This document shows, piece by piece, positions 22,230 to 26,255 of a stretch of 26,255 nucleotides of DNA (positions within the stretch are counted from its first letter, which is position 1; every line of letters starts with the position of its first letter). Below the pieces are notes generated by a model. It made no database searches. It saw only the letters and a program-made list of their open reading frames with translations, and was not told the origin of the DNA. This stretch comes from Tubiluchus corallicola (Eukaryota; Animalia; Priapulida). Location of the stretch: NCBI GenBank assembly GCA_030141605.1, contig JAQGDQ010001766.1, positions 1-26,255 on the forward strand. The letters are read 5' to 3'. The position numbers were made by a program, and so were the translations under genes.

Positions 22230-22760
22230 GCTGGTTAAAAGTTAAAGGTTGAAGGAAGAAGACCAAAGGTCAAACTGAAGAACTGCAAACCACATAGCTG
22301 CCTTTTGTTTGGTAATGCCTGGAAGTGTAATTGTTCGAGTTAAAAAGGTTAAAGGTCAAACTCAAAAAAGGTCAGCAACGAACTACGTTGGTGACTCTCT
22401 TGTTTAATAATGCTTGGAAATTTATCTTGGTCAGGGTCAAGGGTTAAAGGTTAAGGAACTAAAAATTGAATTTAAAGGTCAAACAGGGAAGCAACTAATC
22501 ACATGGATACCACTTTTCCTGGAATGCCTGGAAGCGTTCTTTTCTTGAGTTAAAAGGATAAAGGCATCAAACCCTCTTCTGGTTACCACTTGTTTAATAA
22601 TATCTGGAAGCGTAATGTTTCTCGTGTTAAAAGGTTAAAGGTCAAACTTAAAAAGGCAGCCACTAACCATGCGAATACTTCTTGTTTCATAACGCCAGGA
22701 AGTGTTAGATTTCTCAAGTTGAAAGGTTAATCGTCAAACTTAAAGGGAAAATAACTAACT
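22230..22760 (+). repeat. Degenerate tandem repeat of about 95 bp, rich in aaaggtta/aaggtca
   Basis: c(t/a)ggaa anchors at about 22318, 22413, 22527, 22603, 22695, each followed by gttaaaaggttaaaggtcaaac variants. Confidence 0.7.
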
Positions 22761-22919
22761 ACAGTGGTGCCTCCTATACAAGTTTAGTATAGCTTGTGAA
22801 GTTTGTTGAGTATAAACATTAGTGTCTAAAGCTCAACACTTCGACAAAACATTTTTATGGCGCTAAAACATCAAACAATCATTTCTAGTCAATTACTTCC
22901 ATTTCACAATTCAAACAAG

Positions 22920-23594
22920 AGCTCAAATCTCATTTAAGTTTTTCGTTGCGTAAGAAACATTTTTCATTTGGTAAACTTCCAATATCAGTGCATCATACGC
23001 GCATGAGAATCGGATTTTCTCAGCTAAACTATGACCTTTTCTCCAAAGGCTGTAAAGATAATAACGGTCATCCAATAATGCCGAATTGTAACTGTGGATT
23101 TCGATTTGAGTCTGTTGAACACTTTTTGTTGCACTGCCCATTGCAGCAACTAGCTAGGGTAGTTATGTTTGCTAAATTAAATGAAATACTTCTGCCTGAA
23201 AACCTTAATATCGCTGCCTTAGAAACTAATGGTCTGTTAAAGTTGTTATTATTCGGAAAAGATGAATTTAACTATGTTGCTAACTGTAAAATATTCCAAT
23301 GCGTACATGACTTTATATGACGTACTAAACGCTTCCAGTAGTTTCTATTTGATATGAAATGCATCAGCCTTAAATAATCGTACATTAATATTTACTAACC
23401 ATCATTTTCTACTAATGTCTAATGTGTCACTGTAGTAAAGCTTTAGTGTACTAAAGAATACTAAAAACTAAGTATACTCTATTCTTAACGTAAATGTCCT
23501 TGTAAATAGTGTATAAAGTCTGTTGTGGTGAGGATCCTAAATCATGTTGTACAAACTGTCTGATCCAATCCTAAATAAATTATGTTTAAACTAA
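22920..23594 (+). mobile_element. 5'-truncated LINE (CR1/L2-group) ORF2 C-terminus plus 3'UTR
   Basis: TRMRIGFSQLNYDLF...CNCG...ESVEHFLLHCP...LLFG...IFQCVHDFI*RTKRFQ is the Cys/His-containing C-terminus typical of these LINEs; premature stop; 3'UTR ends aataaattatgtttaaactaa. Confidence 0.85.
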
Positions 23595-23771
23595 TTAATA
23601 TCAAGTAAATGATCACGTCACGTTCAGCTGTAATACTGGAAATACCATATTTAGAGATATTTCAGATAAAACCACAAAAGTGATCAGGTTGCGGGCCATT
23701 TTGGATATATCTCAAGTAAATAATGTGTATGGTGCCACTGCCTCCAAGCAAAGTAATCAATATTACTGAAC

Positions 23772-24048
23772 GGAGACCTACTTTGGAATGAAACAATATT
23801 ATGACGCGTTCAGACGTAGAGACTTCTCTCGCAAGTAGTTGGGTATTCACTTCTCTCTGAGAGTAAAGTTGCACTTGTGAACGGCTTGGCAACTTCTCTC
23901 ACAACTTATTGTACGTGTCAACGGCTTGGCAACTTCTCTCACAACTTATTGCACATGTCAACGGCAACTCAGTTAATTCAACCGAGTTAATTCAGAAACT
24001 CAGAAATGGCTGCAGAGTTGCAATAGTTTATTTGCAAAGTAGGTCTCC
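23772..24048. mobile_element. Unclassified MITE-like element
   Basis: Inverted repeats ggagacctactttggaatgaaac (23772) / gtttatttgcaaagtaggtctcc (ends 24048), outer 14 bp perfect; internal 40-bp tandem duplication at about 23880-23960; no clear TSD. Confidence 0.55.
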
Positions 24049-24223
24049 AATCACCAATGTGTTTGATTGGGGGAAGGGGTTGAGGTCCGATGAATATGCT
24101 GACAGTTCAGTTTGACCGAAAAAAATAATTTCTACAGTTTTTAAGTCATTGCTGTGATCATAGCCCTTAAGATGACAGGCTGGCCTAGCCGTATACGTAC
24201 GAGGTTTCTTTTTTTAGCTACAG

Positions 24224-24723
24224 CAGGGGTGTGCAAATTGCGGCCCGCGGGCCACTTGCGGCCCGCCAAGAGAATTTATGCGGCCCACGAAGAGATTTGT
24301 CAACCTAATGAAAGTGCGGCCCGGGCGATTAATTGAGTGTATCCAGCTGAAGTCCGTGCCACGATCCCGAAGATAGTGCGGGTAGTTTTTTCTACTAGAT
24401 CGGATGCTATTAACCCTTACAAGACGGTTGTAGCTTAATGTCACTGTACTACACAGACTGTGTGATATACATTACTAATATACATTGTAATGAAATTACC
24501 ACTATCTGTTCTGAAAGTAGAAATATATGGTTTGTAATATAAATTTTAATAACTTCTAAAATAGTTTCTTGAGTGTAGTAGTGATGATGTACGCAGGTCG
24601 GATGCAAAAAAATCGTTATTATGCCTTTCTGTACTTGGCTGCTTGATCAAACTGCATGTGGCCCACAGGAATTGCGGGAAAGTTTAATGTGGCCCGGCTA
24701 GTCAGATAATTTGCACACCCGTG
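24224..24723 (+). mobile_element. Non-autonomous hAT (Charlie-like) MITE, full length
   Basis: TIRs caggggtgtgcaaatt / aatttgcacacccgtg (1 mismatch); 8-bp TSD agctacag / agctagag (7/8); subterminal (g/t)ggccc repeats. Confidence 0.92.
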
Positions 24724-24767
24724 AGCTAGAGTTTACAATTCCCACCAAGTCGGATTACACGTCTTAC

Positions 24768-24902
24768 CCAGCATTCAGGTTGACTTCTAACATCCAGGGT
24801 TTTAGCTGATGATCCAGGATGATGTCATATCCCAGCATTGTATAACAGGAATATGGACTTTGGGCGTGCGCAGTCATCACGTTGTACAAATCCGATTCAC
24901 AG
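24768..24902 (-). CDS. TTLL4: TTLL4-like exon, 135 nt, catalytic ATP-grasp segment ((S)CESDLYNVMTAHAQSPYSCYTMLGYDIILDHQLKPWMLEVNLNA(G))
   Basis: tgtttag| acceptor, GG|gtaag donor, phase 2-2; TTL-family motif GxDxxLDxxLKPWxLEVN; PYSC is TTLL4-like. Confidence 0.93.
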
Positions 24903-25106
24903 CTAAACAAGATCATAGAAATCCAATTATTATCACTGTGACAAGAAGTAGTGTAAGCATGCAAATACAGTTCTGTCTGACTGATGCATTTTATGCAGTT
25001 CCTGGCATGCAAAGAAAAAAGAGAAAAATCACTGATACACGTACTAATTTTTGGGGATTTTTTTTTAATTACGAGTGAAAAGACCAAGTAAGAAGTAAGT
25101 AAGCAG

Positions 25107-25662
<556 letters not shown>

Positions 25663-25823
25663 AAAGCGACAGACGGCTTTGCTTCACCCACATGTCAAGT
25701 GGTGGTTATAGTTAAGACGTGCTGACACTTAACTTTTGGTCACCAACTGCGCGTGCGCACAACGAAACTGTGAAAATGAAGGGTTATTTCGTAATAGGTC
25801 AGCAATGATTCTAAAGAATCTAC

Positions 25824-25922
25824 CTTATAAATTGCTTTATTATTAGGTCCTTAATTTGTTCCCATATACGTTTAGAATTACCACCTCTCTTATCTATGTA
25901 ACTCCATAGCTGCTGTAAGGTC
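25824..25922 (-). CDS. TTLL4: TTLL4-like exon, 99 nt (TLQQLWSYIDKRGGNSKRIWEQIKDLIIKQFI(S)); gene continues beyond the window
   Basis: attttccag| acceptor, AG|gtagat donor, phase 2-2; matches the TTLL4 segment WxLxxLWxYLxxxGxNSxxIWExIKDxxxKTIIS. Missed by the ORF track. Confidence 0.92.
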
Positions 25923-25989
25923 CTGGAAAATAATAAAGAATGCATCAGTTGAACATACAGTTAAAACTATTCAGTTTTGATCCTGACAA

Positions 25990-26195
25990 CAGGAGGAAAC
26001 AGAGAGGGAGGCTGTCATAATCGTGCGAAAGTGAGGAGGCGCACAGTGTCCTAGAGGGCGGGGTCGATGGGGTGGTGTCGATGATCTTCAAGCTAACGGA
26101 AGAGAGTGGGCAAAGATGACCCTGGCAGCAAGTTTGGTAATGGAGAAGGAAGGGAATAGATGGAGAGCTGGTGCCTGCTTCCAAGGTCTATGAGC
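25990..26195 (+). mobile_element. Degenerate RTE-like LINE 3' fragment
   Basis: Frameshifted pieces IVRK, SVLEGGVDG, VDD...EWAKMTL...NRWRA resemble the RTE ORF C-terminus. Confidence 0.4.
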
Positions 26196-26255
26196 CTCAG
26201 CAATTAGGATGTAATTAGGACGTGCAGGAAAAATACCTATCAAACAATAAATACA

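Overview
AT-rich, repeat-dense eukaryotic (metazoan invertebrate-like) genomic DNA; no prokaryotic genes or CRISPR. The minus strand carries the 3' half of a spliced tubulin polyglutamylase TTLL4-like gene. I reconstructed six phase-compatible exons plus one optional 63-nt exon (25824-25922, 24768-24902, 21838-21984, [21698-21760], 16075-16174, 13983-14193, 13234-13280 with stop), followed about 2 kb downstream by a full-length U2 snRNA gene. The rest is microsatellites, minisatellites, hAT and pogo-type MITEs and decayed LINE/SINE pieces; nearly all long ORFs in the supplied track are repeat artefacts. The most unusual element is a 50-copy 77-bp tandem array inside a TTLL4 intron. On the gene's sense strand each unit is a complete 25-aa Glu-rich mini-ORF (MAETQSEALETTEEAAVVKCSEGNE) whose TAA overlaps the next ATG (TAATG), and the unit resembles the adjacent putative exon. 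Whether it is translated cannot be determined from sequence alone.
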